The notes under the pieces were generated by a model. It made no database searches. It was not told the DNA's origin and saw nothing but the letters and a program-made list of their open reading frames with translations. This document shows, in pieces, positions 1 to 10,288 of a stretch of 64,000 nt of DNA. A program made the translations under genes and the position numbers. Where the stretch lies: assembly GCA_039811685.1 (NCBI GenBank), contig JBDHZC010000009.1, forward strand, positions 32,001 through 96,000, given 5' to 3'. The DNA comes from Armatimonadota bacterium. GTDB taxonomy: Bacteria > Armatimonadota > UBA5829 > DSUL01. Position 1 is the stretch's first letter. Each line of letters begins with the position of its first letter.

Positions 1-2285
1 TAGAACGGCTTGGGGTCGCCGGTTGAGTAGAAGATACCTTCGTGGCTTCCGAACGGCCAGTCTTCTCTTGAGCCTACCGCGTCCAGGTCTATCGCTGGCC
101 AGTACTGCAGCGCTTTGACATATCCGAGCCTGCGGGCGTACAGCAGGTAACGGCCTCCGTAATCGGCCTGGCGCTCGTCGTTGAGTCCACCGCCCCCTTC
201 CAGAATGCCACTGCCAACCGCCAGTTCCCCGAAGAAGACCTCCTTGTCCGCGTCGCCATTGGCCAGCATAAGGCTGCGCCCGACCTGATTGCTGCGCAGT
301 GGCCCGTAAGCCCAGTCAAGGGCGTCCGGAGATTGATTGGAGAAAGAATACGGATGCCACGCTGCCAGGTCGAAATAACCGTTTCCGATGGTGTCGTAAA
401 TGCGTCCAAGCTGCCAGACACCGCTGTCTGCAAAGCCGCCATTCATCACTTTTGCGCTCGGGTCCGCTGCCTTTATCGCCAGGTAGGCTTCCTTCAGATA
501 GACACTGTAGATGTTGATGCCGCCCTGGAAAGCCCAGCCCTGGTCCGGCTCGTTCTGTATCTCCCAGAACTTTACGCGATCCTTGAAATGCCCCACTATG
601 GTTGCGATATAGTCTTTGAAGGGCTGTGGGTTCAGATAGTTGTAAAAAGCCCTGACTTCGCTGTCCGCCGCAAGACGCGGTGGAGACAGCCGGAACCAGT
701 CCACATCCACGCCGGACGCCTCACTTCCCGTGCACGAAATGCCAACTTTCAGCGGGAAGTTCAGCGGCTGATCCACGGAATAGACTACGCCGTTGTCGGG
801 GCGGTCCGGCGAGTACCCGGCCGCGAAGAAGGAGATGGTGTCTCCACTCTTGCGGACAGTGATGTAAATCGGTGTCTGCACCAGGAACCCGTATTCGCCA
901 CTGAGTCCCACAGTGGTCTTTGTCCCACCCACACACCGTACCAGGTACGGCCTTCCAGCGTCGCCCGTCAGACCAAAGCGCAGCCAGTTGTCATCGTCCT
1001 GGTAGATCATGATGCCGCTCTGCCAGTTACCGGCGTTGGGGCCTGGAGAGCCGCCCAGGCGCATGCTGGCGGAGAAGCGTCCGGAGCCGTCCACCGACTG
1101 GTAGAGAAAGTGTCCCGGGGTCTGTCCGTCAGGTGAGGACAGCGGCACGTGCAGGCTGCCCGGAGTGGTCGTGTTGATGTCCCAGCCCGCTGGCGCATTC
1201 ATCCACTGCCACTTCGGATCGAGGGTGGATGAGTTGAAATCGTCTCTGGGGATGTAGTTTGTCAGCGTGCCCTGAAGACGCGTGACGACACCGGTCAGGT
1301 TGTCAAACAAGTAGTCCTGGTCATAGACGTAGGGGTTGTCGATGGAGTCGTAGCTGATCTTGACCGTCGCGCCCAGCGGCGTGCGCCCATGGTTGTAGTA
1401 GTAAACATTGTTGCGGAACTTAACCCGTCCGTCTGTTTCAAGCTGGTAAACATGAGCGTCGTCGGGAGAGTTCAGGATATTGTCCACCCGCGTCCAGAGC
1501 TGGAAGCCGTTGCCATCTTTCTCATCCACCCAGACCTGTTCTGTTCCGACTTTGATGGGCCAATGCTGAACGCGTGGCTGGTCAGTTATCCAGTGGTTGG
1601 TGGTGATGATTTCGTCGTTGTAGCGGGTTGTCGTGTAATCCCCAGGCGTCAGGACTGTGGGCATCACATCCTGGTTGCTGAAGATGATGTTCTGGTGTTG
1701 AAGCGTGAGCTGATCGCCCGTGAGCTGGCCGGACTCGTCCGCTACGGGCAGATTGGGCGGGTAAACGGGATCGCGCATGCCGTTTGCCCAGGCGGGCGTG
1801 CTGCCAAGCACGGCCGTAATAGACCCACCTGAACCCGTAACAAGGTCCACCGCATCCTGAAGTCCCAGCCAGTTGAAGTCTGTGGCGGATGGGCCGTTCT
1901 GCTGCACGCCGTTCCAGAGAATGTCGTAGCGCAGTCCGGTTATGTTGGCGTCTTTCAGGTATTGCCACTGGACGGGGTAGGTCTGCGGCGCATAGCTGTG
2001 AGGCGCGTTTGTGCCCCAGAAGTTGAACTGCCCGGCCAGATAAGAGGTTCTCGGAAGGCTTGACGCGCCAACGTAGAAAGTAACCCACTTTGAGTCGCTG
2101 GTTGATGAGCTTGCCCGGGCGCCGTCTGTGAGGTTAACATGGGCGTTCAGGTCCAGGGTTGACGCCTGTACACGGCTGTTGGCACACAGCGTAAGACTCA
2201 GAGATGCGCCAGCAGCGGCAAAAGCCAGGGCCGCCAGGCTGCAAGTGCGACGCACGGACGCAGTACAGCGGGTTTTCTCAGTCAT
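1..2285 (-). CDS. Secreted clan GH-A glycoside hydrolase (GH39/GH5-like) with inserted domains; 3'-partial, runs off the window start
   Basis: Not in the ORF track because there is no stop codon in the window. Manual translation from ATG 2285 (RBS AAGGAGG): MTEKTRC..LAALAFAAAGASL signal; LRYDILWNGVQ; VLGSTPAWA; FWEIQNEPD (acid/base); AWHPY; VFFGELAVG (nucleophile); ends GDPKPF at the edge. Confidence 0.85.
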   Translation of the reverse strand, partial: MTEKTRCTASVRRTCSLAALAFAAAGASLSLTLCANSRVQASTLDLNAHVNLTDGARASSSTSDSKWVTFYVGASSLPRTSYLAGQFNFWGTNAPHSYAPQTYPVQWQYLKDANITGLRYDILWNGVQQNGPSATDFNWLGLQDAVDLVTGSGGSITAVLGSTPAWANGMRDPVYPPNLPVADESGQLTGDQLTLQHQNIIFSNQDVMPTVLTPGDYTTTRYNDEIITTNHWITDQPRVQHWPIKVGTEQVWVDEKDGNGFQLWTRVDNILNSPDDAHVYQLETDGRVKFRNNVYYYNHGRTPLGATVKISYDSIDNPYVYDQDYLFDNLTGVVTRLQGTLTNYIPRDDFNSSTLDPKWQWMNAPAGWDINTTTPGSLHVPLSSPDGQTPGHFLYQSVDGSGRFSASMRLGGSPGPNAGNWQSGIMIYQDDDNWLRFGLTGDAGRPYLVRCVGGTKTTVGLSGEYGFLVQTPIYITVRKSGDTISFFAAGYSPDRPDNGVVYSVDQPLNFPLKVGISCTGSEASGVDVDWFRLSPPRLAADSEVRAFYNYLNPQPFKDYIATIVGHFKDRVKFWEIQNEPDQGWAFQGGINIYSVYLKEAYLAIKAADPSAKVMNGGFADSGVWQLGRIYDTIGNGYFDLAAWHPYSFSNQSPDALDWAYGPLRSNQVGRSLMLANGDADKEVFFGELAVGSGILEGGGGLNDERQADYGGRYLLYARRLGYVKALQYWPAIDLDAVGSREDWPFGSHEGIFYSTGDPKPF

Positions 2286-3606
2286 CTGAGACGATCCTCC
2301 TTTGCTCCGCCTGCGACTTACGCAAGGCAGGAGCCAGCACGCGAAAATTCCTCTTCTCCAGCTCTGCCAACCGCGACCACCTCGCAGAAGGCAGAGTCAG
2401 AGAGTCTTTCTGTCCGCACTGAAGAAGTGCGGTTGCCGCTCGCTTCTCGAATTGCGACCAGGCCAGGTTCCCAGATGGCCGGCTGCGCAAGCGTTGGTAA
2501 GACAACTTTGCAGGTTCAGGTGTCACAGTATAACCGCAATCGACACTGCGTTGCGGGTCTTCAGACGCATCAGCCCGAAACGGCAGCTTCGTATTGACGG
2601 TTGCGTCTCTTACTCCCCGAACAACACGGAAGTCAGGGGCGCAGACAGAACCAGCCTTCCTCGCCCGAGACGCGCGCAGAAGCGGCACTCTTTATATCGT
2701 AGTAGATTTCTCGGCTTCCGTGTTACCAGATTTGCAGGAAAACTCCGTCTGCCGCTTGCCGTTCGTATTATCGTTTACTACATGATCCGGCTCACAGCGA
2801 TTCACACGCCTGCTATCACGTTGCGAGCTTGCGCGGCGCAGTCTGGGAAGGACGCGCGCGATATTCCTGCCTCCGCGAGAACCTGTGCCAACAAGACCTC
2901 TCATACTTATTAAATGCCGTTCTTGGAGGCATTTCCGACAACCATTTGGTGTGTCAGGGCGCACAAAGTTGTCTGCTGAAGAGGCAAATCGCGGTAGCCT
3001 GCTGCGTTATGTTGGGAGCAAAGACAGGTCTTTTTCTCAAAAACCCGTACGTTAGCTGATGTGTGAGTAGAAGAAGAATGGTAAAGTCGTGCATGCCGGT
3101 TCGTCTGCCGGAAGATGGTGCAGCAGCTTTCTTCCGTTCGGCGAAGCGGTACTTCCGGGAAGCAAGAGGAGGCGAGGGGCATTGACAGCCGGTCCAAGCA
3201 CGGCTGCTGTAACCTGCTGCCGAACGGGGCGTCACGGCAGATTCGCCGCCCTCTGACATCACACCACCCAGTCTCAAAACACTGGCGTGCGGGTGTCGGC
3301 TATCCAGGAATGTTGTTCAGGGGCTGAGGCCGGACCGCCGCACTCGCAGAGTTGAGAGGCAAAACGGGCGCCGGTGGTCCGGCCTGGCTTCAGCGCGCCA
3401 CAATCACCCAGGGACCCAGCAGGCACGCCAGACCGTCTGTGTTTTCGGGCTACGCAACCAGACTACGCCTGCCCCGCGCTTCAGAACAATCCTTCGCGTA
3501 TGTGCCTGCGTTCTTAAGAGCATTTCTTCGTGGAAATGCTCTTCAATGGTGTTGTTCCACAGGCGAGAGCGCCCGCGTGAGAATCCTGCTCCCTGCGCGG
3601 CTTCAT

Positions 3607-5907
3607 TTACTCCTCTATCAGAAGCGCCGCGTCTATGAACTGTCCACCGCTGTCTTGATGGCAGTGGATGGCTATGGTGTTGTCACCCTTTTTCAGCGCC
3701 CTTTGGGCCTTGTCTGTCACATCGAACATGGCGTAGCGGTCGGTCCAGCCCTCTCCTGTCCAGATCAGATGGCCATTCAGATACACCTGCGCGTCGTTGT
3801 CGAAGTGCACAATCAGAGCCACGCGCTCTCCCGGCGCAGCGCGCAGCGCGAAGCTTTGCCTCAGCCAGATGTCCGGAGTTGTCCACGGTGTTCCGGTGCG
3901 GCTCTGCCAGTGGTCTTTTTGACCGAAACCTCCCTGTCCGCTTTTCCAGGCAGAATCGTCAAAATCAGACGCCGCCCAGTCTGCAGGCGGTGTGTCTAAA
4001 GAGTACCGCCAGGGTTTGTGGTTTTCATCAACTGCGGCGCCCACGGCTGTTGCCCACTGAACAGTCACCGGGCGATCGGCGGCTGGAGGAGATTTCTCGT
4101 AAGCGGCTTCGCCCTGTGTCATGGCATGGATCCGGGCTATATCCCACTTGGGTTTTCTGTCATAGGTGTAGAGGCCGTTGCGCTCCTGTTCGACGTCAGT
4201 GAGTTGCGTATAGCAGAAACCGAACATCAAAGGATTGTCCAGGAGAGCGTCTGTCAGACCTTTGTAGCGCTCATAAAACTCCGCTTCGTCTTTGGGGGCT
4301 GTACCGTAGCCCCAGCCTTCACCGGTCGGGTTCCACTTGATGCCGCCGTACTCGCTGACGAAAAACGGTATACCGCGATACATATCCTCTCCGCCGTAAC
4401 GGGCTGGAAGGGCGCCCAGGGCTGGTGGACTGCTGAAGCGGTGGCGGAAGGAGGCCGGATTCTGATCGTAGTCGTGAGCGTCAAGGACTTCGGGATCGGG
4501 AAGTGTGTGCGTCCATCCACTGGAGTCTATGACAGGTCGCGACGGGTCCAGCGCTCGCGTGAGGGCTACGATGGTATTCTGCAGCTCACCGGCAGACGGA
4601 GGGGTCTCGTTGAAGGGACACCAGCCGATAATGCACGGGTGGTTGCGGTCGCGCCCGACGATCTCGGTCCACTCACTGACCACCGGCAGATTGGCTTCCG
4701 GGCGCGCATAGTCCAGTCCCCAGTTTGGGTACTCACCCCAGCAGAGATACCCTTCGCGATCCGCCCAGTAGAGAAAACGCGGCTCAAACACTTTCTGGTG
4801 CAGGCGGGCCCCGTTGAAGCCCACGGCTTTCGACAGCAGGATATCCTGATGCAGCGCTTCGTCGGAAGGCGCCGTCCAGATGCCTTCGGGATAGAATCCC
4901 TGATCCAGCACAAGGCGCTGAAATACGCGCTTGCCGTTTATCAGGATGGCCGGTCCCTGAATGCGAACATCGCGCAGGCCGAAATAGCTGTGCAGGCTGT
5001 CAATCGTGTCTTTGCCGCGGCGCAGTGAGAGCTTGAGATCGTAAAGGAACGGTGTTTCCGGCGACCAGATGCGCTTCCTGGACAGCGGGATAATTAATTG
5101 ATTGTCCCGCCAGACGGCGGGAGCCTGCGCGCTTCCGGCTTTTGCGCCGTTCGCCAGCGCCTCTGCTGTGACTTCCAGCCCTTTCGAAGCGCCATCCACA
5201 TCCACCTGTACGACAGCTCGCCCACCAGCAGGGTCCGGCAGAATGCGTACCGCGCTGATGAAACTCTCGCCCACGCCTTCCAGCCAGACGGTTTGCCAGA
5301 TGCCCGTAGTGCGCGTATAGACCGCACCGTGGCTTTCCGGCTGAGCAGACTGCTTTCCGAGCGCCTGCAACCCGCTTCGCGTGTCATCGTAGGCGGCGAC
5401 GACGATTGTATTTTCGCCGGCTTTGAGGCAATGAGTTATCTCAAAGGCAAACGGGGCGCTGCCACCGGTATGCTGGCCGAGAAACACACCGTTCACCCAC
5501 ACGCGCGTGCGCCAGTCTGAGGCGCCAATGTGCAGCCTTGTTCGAGGCGACTTCCACGATGCGGGAAGCGCGAAAGTGCGGCGGTACCAGACGTTTTTCA
5601 CAAAGCCGGTGCGCTGGAGTCCGGAGAGGCGGCTTTCACGGCAGAAGGGCACCAGTATCTTGTCCGGGTAGGGTGCAGAGCTCAGGTAGAGCTCGTCCTG
5701 ATTCTCGTCAGTCTCAGCGAACTCCCAGACGCCGTTGAGGTTCAACCACTCAGCGCGCTGCATTTGAGGAAGTGGGTGCTCCGGGCGCGGGATGTCCGGC
5801 GGCTGATGACTTTGAGCCGCACTCACGCGGACGGCCGCGGGCAGCAGCACAGCGAGCGCCAGAGCGACTTTGAGCGCAAGAGTTGCTTCTGGGAGAGAGA
5901 CGAGCAT
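3607..5907 (-). CDS. Glycoside hydrolase family 2 (beta-galactosidase/glucuronidase-like), secreted, with C-terminal beta-sandwich
   Basis: PRPEHP..WLNLNGVWEF, TGIWQTVWLE, GFNGARLHQK, WCPFNET, FVSEYGG motifs; N-terminal signal peptide. Confidence 0.92.
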   Translation of the reverse strand: MLVSLPEATLALKVALALAVLLPAAVRVSAAQSHQPPDIPRPEHPLPQMQRAEWLNLNGVWEFAETDENQDELYLSSAPYPDKILVPFCRESRLSGLQRTGFVKNVWYRRTFALPASWKSPRTRLHIGASDWRTRVWVNGVFLGQHTGGSAPFAFEITHCLKAGENTIVVAAYDDTRSGLQALGKQSAQPESHGAVYTRTTGIWQTVWLEGVGESFISAVRILPDPAGGRAVVQVDVDGASKGLEVTAEALANGAKAGSAQAPAVWRDNQLIIPLSRKRIWSPETPFLYDLKLSLRRGKDTIDSLHSYFGLRDVRIQGPAILINGKRVFQRLVLDQGFYPEGIWTAPSDEALHQDILLSKAVGFNGARLHQKVFEPRFLYWADREGYLCWGEYPNWGLDYARPEANLPVVSEWTEIVGRDRNHPCIIGWCPFNETPPSAGELQNTIVALTRALDPSRPVIDSSGWTHTLPDPEVLDAHDYDQNPASFRHRFSSPPALGALPARYGGEDMYRGIPFFVSEYGGIKWNPTGEGWGYGTAPKDEAEFYERYKGLTDALLDNPLMFGFCYTQLTDVEQERNGLYTYDRKPKWDIARIHAMTQGEAAYEKSPPAADRPVTVQWATAVGAAVDENHKPWRYSLDTPPADWAASDFDDSAWKSGQGGFGQKDHWQSRTGTPWTTPDIWLRQSFALRAAPGERVALIVHFDNDAQVYLNGHLIWTGEGWTDRYAMFDVTDKAQRALKKGDNTIAIHCHQDSGGQFIDAALLIEE

Positions 5908-6076
5908 GTCTGGATAGTGTCCTGTCAGGGTTTGTGGGTGTCTTATCGTTTGTGTAACGGGTTACCTGCACCACTTTTGTGCGGTCTAGTGGCTTTATGG
6001 GGCGGATATTTCCGTCATGGGCGGATTTCGTGCCGGTCGCCACGCTTCTGGCTTTTCGATACAATCTGCAACGAGC

Positions 6077-6694
6077 ATGGAGACAGAGCGAAACTCCAGT
6101 CAACACAGACGGATTGTGGTGTCCCTGGGCGGCGCCAGCGGGAGCGCTTACGGCGTGGAGTTCCTGCGTCAGGCATCCCGCATCTGGGACCACGTCTGGT
6201 TGACGTTCAGCTCACAGGCGCTTACAGTGGCCAACCACGAGCTGGGTCTGAAGGGTTTTGACCCGGAGAAGGACCTGCGCCTGGGAGAGTTTGCGCACAG
6301 AGTGCATCTGCTCAATCCCAAAGACCTCGCCGCTGCGCCCTCCAGTGGCTCCTGCCGCTATGACGGTCTGGTTGTCGTTCCGTGCTCGATGGGGACGCTC
6401 GGGCGCATCGCGCATGGAGTGTCAGACGATCTTACGACCCGGGTGGCTGACGTGTGCCTCAAGGAGCGCCGGAAGGTCGTTCTCGTTGTGCGGGAGACTC
6501 CTTTGTCCGCCATTCATCTTCGCAATATGCTTTCCGTGACGGAGAGCGGAGCGATTGTGCTTCCGGCATCCCCGGCCATGTATCACCAGCCGAAGACTGT
6601 TCAGGATATGGTAGAGTTTGTCGTGGCGCGTATTGTGCAGACGATGGGGATGGAGCAGAAGCTGATGCGCGGATGGCGGGAGGATGAGCTTTGA
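6077..6694 (+). CDS. ubiX: Flavin prenyltransferase UbiX
   Basis: IVVSLGGASG, SSGS, VPCSMGTL, LKERR, RETP, PASPAMYHQP; ATG 6077 preferred over 6017. Confidence 0.93.
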   Translation: METERNSSQHRRIVVSLGGASGSAYGVEFLRQASRIWDHVWLTFSSQALTVANHELGLKGFDPEKDLRLGEFAHRVHLLNPKDLAAAPSSGSCRYDGLVVVPCSMGTLGRIAHGVSDDLTTRVADVCLKERRKVVLVVRETPLSAIHLRNMLSVTESGAIVLPASPAMYHQPKTVQDMVEFVVARIVQTMGMEQKLMRGWREDEL

Positions 6695-7578
6695 GCGCCT
6701 CCGGCCTGCGCCGAAGCGGGCAGCCGGGGCTGATTGTGCGTCTGGCTTCTCTGGTCAAGTTTGAGCACACTGTTTTTGCCTTGCCTTTTGCTTTTATGGG
6801 GGCGGTGGTAGCCGCGAACGGGCTGCCTTCGCTGCGGGTGTCTCTTCTGATTCTGGCTGCTATGGTGGGAGCGCGCACGGCGGCTATGACATTCAACCGG
6901 ATCGCCGATGTCGAGATTGACCGGCGCAATCCGCGCACGCAGGGCCGGGAGCTGGTGACGGGTGTGGTGAGCGCGGCTCAGGCGTGGGTGCTGCTGGCAG
7001 CGTCGGTCGCGCTGTTTGTTCTGGCGGCGTGGCAGCTCAACGCGCTGGCGCTGACGCTTTCGCCGGTCGCGCTGCTGGTTGTGCTGGGATATTCTTTCAC
7101 GAAGCGCTTCACCTCGCTGTCCCATGTGGTGCTGGGGCTGGGACTGGCGATCGCTCCGGTTGGCGCGTGGATAGCGGTGCGCGCTTCCGTTGCCCTGCCC
7201 GCCTTTATTCTTGCCGCGGCGGTGGTGAGCTGGACGGCTGGCTTCGACATCATTTACTCTATGCAGGATACGGACTTTGACCGCAACGAGCGTCTGTTCT
7301 CGCTGCCGTCGAGGCTGGGGGAAGCCGAGGCGCTGTGGGTGGCGCGCGCTTTGCACGCGGCGATGGTAGTGATGCTGGTGTGGTTTGGGCAGGAGGCCGG
7401 ACTGGGAGCGGTTTACGGCGTGGCGGTCATTCTGGTGGCGTTGTTTCTGGTTTACGAGCACTCGCTGGTGTCACCGGATGATAAGAGCCGGATCAACGTC
7501 GCATTCTTCACGCTGAACGGGGTGGTCAGCATTACGCTTTTTGTGCTGACGCTTGTGGATATTCTCGCCGGGATTTGA
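6691..7578 (+). CDS. ubiA: UbiA-family prenyltransferase (MqnP-like, futalosine menaquinone pathway)
   Basis: KFEHTVFALPF, NRIADVEIDRRNPRT, YSFTKRF, GFDIIYSMQD; multiple TM segments; adjacent to mqnA. Confidence 0.9.
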   Translation: MSASGLRRSGQPGLIVRLASLVKFEHTVFALPFAFMGAVVAANGLPSLRVSLLILAAMVGARTAAMTFNRIADVEIDRRNPRTQGRELVTGVVSAAQAWVLLAASVALFVLAAWQLNALALTLSPVALLVVLGYSFTKRFTSLSHVVLGLGLAIAPVGAWIAVRASVALPAFILAAAVVSWTAGFDIIYSMQDTDFDRNERLFSLPSRLGEAEALWVARALHAAMVVMLVWFGQEAGLGAVYGVAVILVALFLVYEHSLVSPDDKSRINVAFFTLNGVVSITLFVLTLVDILAGI

Positions 7579-7581
7579 TCT

Positions 7582-8391
7582 ATGAAGACAACAGTTCTGG
7601 GCTGTCTGCCCTATCTGAACGTAAAGCCGCTGATTCGCTCCATTGAGCGCGAGGTCCCTGCGGGGTATGAGCTTATCTACCGGACTCCGTCGCTGCTGGC
7701 GCAGGCGCTGCGCAGCGCGAGGTGTGATATTGCCGCCGTTTCCAGCTTTGAAGCGCTGGACAATCCGGATCTGGTTATTGTGCCGGATATTTCCATTTCT
7801 TCGGATGGAAAAGTGTCCTCCGTTCTGCTATTCTCAAACAGGGATTTTCAGGACATTCGCACAGTGGCTCTGGACACGAGCTCACTCACCGGGGCGGCTC
7901 TGACGCGCATTCTCCTGAACGATCTCTACGGCGTGCAGCCTGACGTTATCCGCAGTGATCCGGAGCCTGAGGATATGTTGAAAGTTGCCGATGCTTGTCT
8001 TGTCATTGGCAACAACGCTATGACCAGAGCGCCCCGGACGCCGTACGTGCTGGATCTGGGCGAAGGGTGGAAGCGACTGACGGATCTGCCGTTTGTTTTT
8101 GCCGTGTGGGCGGCGCGCCGGGACGCTGTGGACGACCGCGACGTCGAGATTTTGCGGGACGCAAGAAGCCGGGGAATGGAGCGCATCGACGAAATTGCCC
8201 GTGAAGAAGCGCCGGGACTGGGAATTACAGAGGCGCGGGCGCGTAACTACCTGGCGGAAATCATGGTCTATGATTTAGGAGAAAGGGAGCTTCAGGGGCT
8301 CGGGGAGTTCTGCCGCCGCGCTCAGGCTCTGGGGCTATTGTCCGCAGATGCCGGCGCATGTCTTTATCAGGGGCAGACCGCGACCCGCTAG
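7582..8391 (+). CDS. mqnA: Chorismate dehydratase
   Basis: YLNVKPL, V.SVLLFS, SSLT, LVIGNNA, DLGEGW..LTDLPFVFAVW. Confidence 0.9.
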   Translation: MKTTVLGCLPYLNVKPLIRSIEREVPAGYELIYRTPSLLAQALRSARCDIAAVSSFEALDNPDLVIVPDISISSDGKVSSVLLFSNRDFQDIRTVALDTSSLTGAALTRILLNDLYGVQPDVIRSDPEPEDMLKVADACLVIGNNAMTRAPRTPYVLDLGEGWKRLTDLPFVFAVWAARRDAVDDRDVEILRDARSRGMERIDEIAREEAPGLGITEARARNYLAEIMVYDLGERELQGLGEFCRRAQALGLLSADAGACLYQGQTATR

Positions 8392-8461
8392 AGGCCCTGG
8401 CTTTCGGACGAACCTGGGCGCCGCGTGCCCGCGCGGCGTCACCTGGGGGTGGGTGACTTTC

Positions 8462-9760
8462 ATGAATACATCTGATGTTACTTACAGCGCATCTGCCATG
8501 GCTGTGAACCGCGCCGCGGCCCGGGGAGATGTCTCCATGCTTCGCGCAGCCCTGGCCGCTGAGCCAAACCGCCTGAACAGGCGGGAGGGACGGTGGAGCC
8601 TGACTCCGCTGCACGAAGCTGCGCGTCACGGCCGCCTGGCGGCCACCGAGTTTCTTCTGCTTGAGAAAGCGGCCAATCCCAATGTGCCGGACGCTGCCGG
8701 TGAAACGCCTCTGCACGGCAGTCTGCGGCGCCCGATCGCTGATCTTCTGGTCCGGTGTGGCGCGGATTTGAACGCGCAGGACTGTATGGGCCGAACCCCT
8801 CTGCATGTCGCCGCTTCTTCAAGACATTGGATGGTGCGGTTGCTGCTGGAGTCCGGCGCAACGGTTGACATTCGCGACGAGGACCACTGCACGCCTTTGC
8901 ACTACGCCTGCCGCACGGGCCGGGTCAAGTCGGTGAAGCTCCTGCTGGCAGCAGGGGCAGACCCAAACGCGCGCGACACGTGCGATAGAACCCCCTTGAT
9001 TGAAGCCACAAGCTCCGGCAGTTGCCGGACTGTGCAGATTTTACAGAAGGCCGGCGCTGAGTGCAGTTGCCGCTTTTCGGGTGAGGCTGAGACGCCTGTG
9101 CACATTGCGGCTCACTTTGGGTACAGAGAGGTGCTGCAGCTTCTGCTTGCTTCGGGTTGCCCTGTGGACGCTCGCAACGGGCGCGGAGAGACACCTCTTC
9201 ACCGGGCCGTGCGTATGTGGCAGATTGTGCCGGTTTGCGCCCTGGTGCGGGAAGGAGCGGATGTGCGGGCTGTGGACAGCAGGGGCCGGACTCCTCTCCA
9301 CTACGCGGCTGTCGGACTGGATTCGGGGCTGGTGACGTTGTTGCTGAGTCGCGGAGCAGAAGCCTCAGCGCCGGATAGTGAGGGCAATACCCCGTTGCAC
9401 CGCGCAGTGGGAATGGGTTGCCTGGCCAACACCAGAGCGCTGGTGGAAGGTGGCGCTGAGATTTCGGCGCGCAACTATGCCGGGCGCAATGCGCTGCACG
9501 AGGCCGCCCGCTGCTCCCAAATTGAAATCATCCGGTATCTAGGGGCCCAGATGGACTGCGAAGAGCGCGACAATGCCGGGCGAACAGCTTTGCATGTGGC
9601 GGCGCTGGAGGACTGTTGGAAGGGCTGCAAAGCGCTGGTCAAAATGGGGGCTTCGCTCAACGCACGGGATTTCAGCGAAAAGACGGCGCTCGCTCTGGCG
9701 GTGGGGGAGGGTCACTACAAACTGGCGAAGCGCCTCAAGGGTCTTGGCGCGCGGATGTAG
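8462..9760 (+). CDS. Ankyrin repeat protein (about 12 repeats)
   Basis: Repeated G.TPLH.A...G....V..LL..GAD.N units; start uncertain (8348 or 8462). Confidence 0.9.
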   Translation: MNTSDVTYSASAMAVNRAAARGDVSMLRAALAAEPNRLNRREGRWSLTPLHEAARHGRLAATEFLLLEKAANPNVPDAAGETPLHGSLRRPIADLLVRCGADLNAQDCMGRTPLHVAASSRHWMVRLLLESGATVDIRDEDHCTPLHYACRTGRVKSVKLLLAAGADPNARDTCDRTPLIEATSSGSCRTVQILQKAGAECSCRFSGEAETPVHIAAHFGYREVLQLLLASGCPVDARNGRGETPLHRAVRMWQIVPVCALVREGADVRAVDSRGRTPLHYAAVGLDSGLVTLLLSRGAEASAPDSEGNTPLHRAVGMGCLANTRALVEGGAEISARNYAGRNALHEAARCSQIEIIRYLGAQMDCEERDNAGRTALHVAALEDCWKGCKALVKMGASLNARDFSEKTALALAVGEGHYKLAKRLKGLGARM

Positions 9761-9806
9761 CTATCGAAGCGCCATGCTTGCTTGACGGCGAATCCCCGTA
9801 CAAATG

Positions 9807-9836
9807 AAAAGCCCCGGCGCCTGAGCCGGGGCTTTT
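9807..9836. terminator. Bidirectional intrinsic terminator
   Basis: AAAAGCCCCGGC-GCCTGA-GCCGGGGCTTTT between convergent genes. Confidence 0.85.
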
Positions 9837-9852
9837 GTCGAACTCGAACAGC

Positions 9853-10032
9853 CTAACGCCAAATCGGCCTGGGTGTCTCCCTCTCATTCCTTGATTGCGC
9901 GGAGCCAACAAGGCTTCCCACGCTGGGCCGAAGCACGCGCTTGAAAAAGCGGGACCAGTTAAGATCCCTTCCGCAGCCTCCACACTGCTGACTGTGCACG
10001 GAGTTGGGCCGTCCACACCAGAAACACTTCAT
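9853..10032 (-). CDS. Small 59-aa zinc-ribbon protein (CxxC-x10-CxxC)
   Basis: MKCFWCGRPNSVHSQQCGGCGRDLNWSRFFKRVLRPSVGSLVGSAQSRNERETPRPIWR*; RBS GAGGGGAG; terminator just downstream; below the track's size cut-off. Confidence 0.75.
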   Translation of the reverse strand: MKCFWCGRPNSVHSQQCGGCGRDLNWSRFFKRVLRPSVGSLVGSAQSRNERETPRPIWR

Positions 10033-10272
10033 GATGTGAAGCTCCCCTCTCGTCTGTTCGATTGTATGTCAGACATCTCCGGACGCGCGAGATGCCCGTT
10101 GAGCCCTGGAGGCGACGGTGAACAACGCTGGCGCGGCTGAATAGTTCTCCACCACAGCCGGCGCAGCTCGGACGCCGCTTCACGCGCTCAACCTTCGCAC
10201 ACCGTGCGAAGGTAATCCACCATTACCGGTTTTCCTACGGACGCAGGTAAAGATACCGGCATGGAGGAATCC

Positions 10273-10288
10273 TGCAGAATTCGTGCCA
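10273..10288 (-). promoter_or_regulatory. Sigma-54 (-24/-12) promoter
   Basis: TGGCACGAATTCTGCA with exact GG-N10-GC spacing, oriented toward the zinc-ribbon gene. Confidence 0.7.

Noticed and set aside
333..2088. Track ORFs 333-1136, 1389-1832 and 1582-2088
   Set aside because: They are shadows of the single long minus-strand hydrolase frame 1-2285.
2875..2890. Second sigma-54 promoter TGGCACAGGTTCTCGC on the minus strand
   Set aside because: GG-to-GC spacing is 11, not the required 10.
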